Source of the DNA: Intoshia linei
Lineage: Eukaryota; Animalia; Orthonectida
DNA: 64,000 bases
NCBI GenBank assembly: GCA_001642005.1
Contig: LWCA01000048.1
Span: 1-64,000, forward strand
Reading direction: 5' to 3'
A program made the position numbers and the translations under genes. The stretch's first letter is position 1. Each line of letters starts with the position of its first letter. Below the pieces are notes generated by a model. That model was given only the letters and a program-made list of their open reading frames with translations, ran no database searches and was not told where the DNA came from. Below are positions 62,301 to 64,000 of this stretch, one piece after another.

Positions 62301-64000
62301 TTATATATAAAGTAACCTCGTTCTTAAGTCACACAATGAATATTTCAGAATTATCTGGTCGTATTCATAGGTAATAATGTTTTTTTATTTAAGTACATAT
62401 TATGTTCATTTGTTTAAAGCTTATTATCTAGAATTTTTCAACTATACGAATTTATTCTGAACAATGAAATGATGGAATTTAATCAAAGTCAAGGCGGGTT
62501 TTGTTTTTATAATCTAATTTAATAATATTTTTAATATTATACTAACATTCAAAGAAAAATCATATAATTTACATTGTATTTTGATATTTTCTTAGTTTTA
62601 TATTAGTATCCAAATAACATTGAAGCTGACAGATAAAATATCCTTTAATGCCAATTGTACAAACAGTTACATTTTTATTAAAGGTAATACAAATAATAAC
62701 AATAATAATTTACATTGTGTAAAGTGTACTTACAGTGTACACTGTACAATGTATGTGTATCCAGTGTTTTTTAAACATATTGAAGCTTTTAGACCATATT
62801 TTATTATAATGTATTTTATGTTAATTTGAGGTGCGCACCTCACAGTTAGTCTATGCATAGGGATTTTACTATTTTGTCATTTATATATTTAAACAATTTT
62901 GTGTACCAACAAACCGATGGCAGATCAATATTTTCTTCAGGTCTCCAAGAAACGTTTTGTAAAATGGCCCCTCATTTTTCCAAATTGAGTACATTGTTAA
63001 TTTGTATTTTAAAAAATTGAATTTTCGACCATCATAAATGTTTTGTGCATCAAATTTAATTTGTCAAGTCCAGGTCCGTGGAGAGGTGGCTCGGATCAAA
63101 TGGAATTGCGCATAATTTGACAAAAAAAATTAGACATTCATTTTGATTTTTTCATGAGCCTCGAGTATGATATGTTCGACTCTGATGGATGTTATACTTT
63201 TTTATTGACCATTAAAATATCTGTTTGAATCACACAAATTACTATTTTCACGTTTTATCATTATCAAATCTTTAGTTCATAAAGTGATTTAGAAATTTTT
63301 TAAGAGGGTCAGTGAAACATTTTTGTAAAAGTTTTGGTCTGTGGAGTTTAAGCTCAATAACCATTGCATATAGAAAAAACCCTACCATGCATACGGTTTC
63401 AAAATCTCTGATATACTAAAAAGTATTCTTATTTATATAAACCTTACATTTTTTTGCATATTTATTAATATTAATTTAATGCAATTTAAAAAATTTTATA
63501 TATTATTTTCATATCAATCTATATAGATAAAAAAAAAGATTTTCACCGAATAAATGAAAATATTATATTTAATTTGAATGTAATTAATGGTATTGTTATC
63601 ATTGGGCCAAATGGTGTTGGAAAAACAACACTGTTCAGAAAATTTGCTAAAATGTATCCAACAATTGCTGATATACCTTCACAATCAACCCTCAGTGTTT
63701 TTTTGCCACAAAATCCATACTTGTGTAAAGGTTCATTAATTAATCAGGTAATCATACGCGTGTTTTTTACATGTGTTCATAATTATAATTAAATATGTAA
63801 TTAATTAGATAACATATCCTATAAAAATTGAGGATATGAAATACAAAAATGATGCCAGTAATTTTTTTAACTGCATACTGTAATATAGCGGTATCCAAAT
63901 GGAGTACTGGAATCACTAAGGGGTACCAGCTCGTATGATACTATGAATCATAAATTATAGATATTTTTTAAATTCCTAAAAATAATAGAAAATAAAAATT
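59374..64000 (+). CDS. ABCD4: ABC transporter subfamily D, ABCD4-like; runs off the window
   Basis: LNVKFIKRL start, IDNPDERIT, EKEESIFRNDHMNVK..EQIVF, ISELSGRIHR, Walker A GPNGVGKT, FLPQNPY. Confidence 0.88.
60088..61187 (-). mobile_element. Complete 1100-bp non-autonomous Helitron in ABCD4 intron
   Basis: Minus strand reads A|TC...CTGTTTGTACGTAGTACATAACAG hairpin-TCAAT-CTAG|T with no TSD. Matching 3' ends occur at about 5760-5815, 16320-16372 and 34179-34220. Confidence 0.85.

Noticed and set aside
1-64000. Alternative genetic code or stop readthrough
   Set aside because: All apparent in-frame stops in conserved genes are removed by short GT-AG introns; the standard code gives intact proteins.

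Overview
Very AT-rich, gene-dense animal nuclear DNA. Introns are GT-AG and fall into two size classes: mostly 34-45 nt, or 0.4-2.7 kb when filled with transposons. This style fits a compacted invertebrate genome such as the orthonectid Intoshia, but that is inference only. Manual splicing gives about 15 genes: a vWA-domain 3' end, a short poly(A) polymerase, a CatSper-type channel subunit, protein 4.1/coracle, Delta, TIM50 with a Myb/trihelix-like gene nested antisense in one intron, FDX2, two tandem PACRG paralogues, RAD54, a tail-anchored KASH-like protein, PRP18, a minimal SUN-domain protein that the ORF track misses entirely, the 5' part of ABCD4, and one weak orphan. Non-coding space holds non-autonomous Helitrons, hAT MITEs, pogo/Tigger derivatives and a piggyBac relic, often nested. 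The two most interesting leads are (1) a 217-aa SUN protein lacking the KASH-lid, 5 kb from a KASH-like protein whose luminal tail stops just after its Cys pair (a possible reduced LINC complex), and (2) a 191-bp solo-LTR-like insertion carrying a tRNA-like Pol III unit. Exon coordinates were read by eye and may be off by a few bases.
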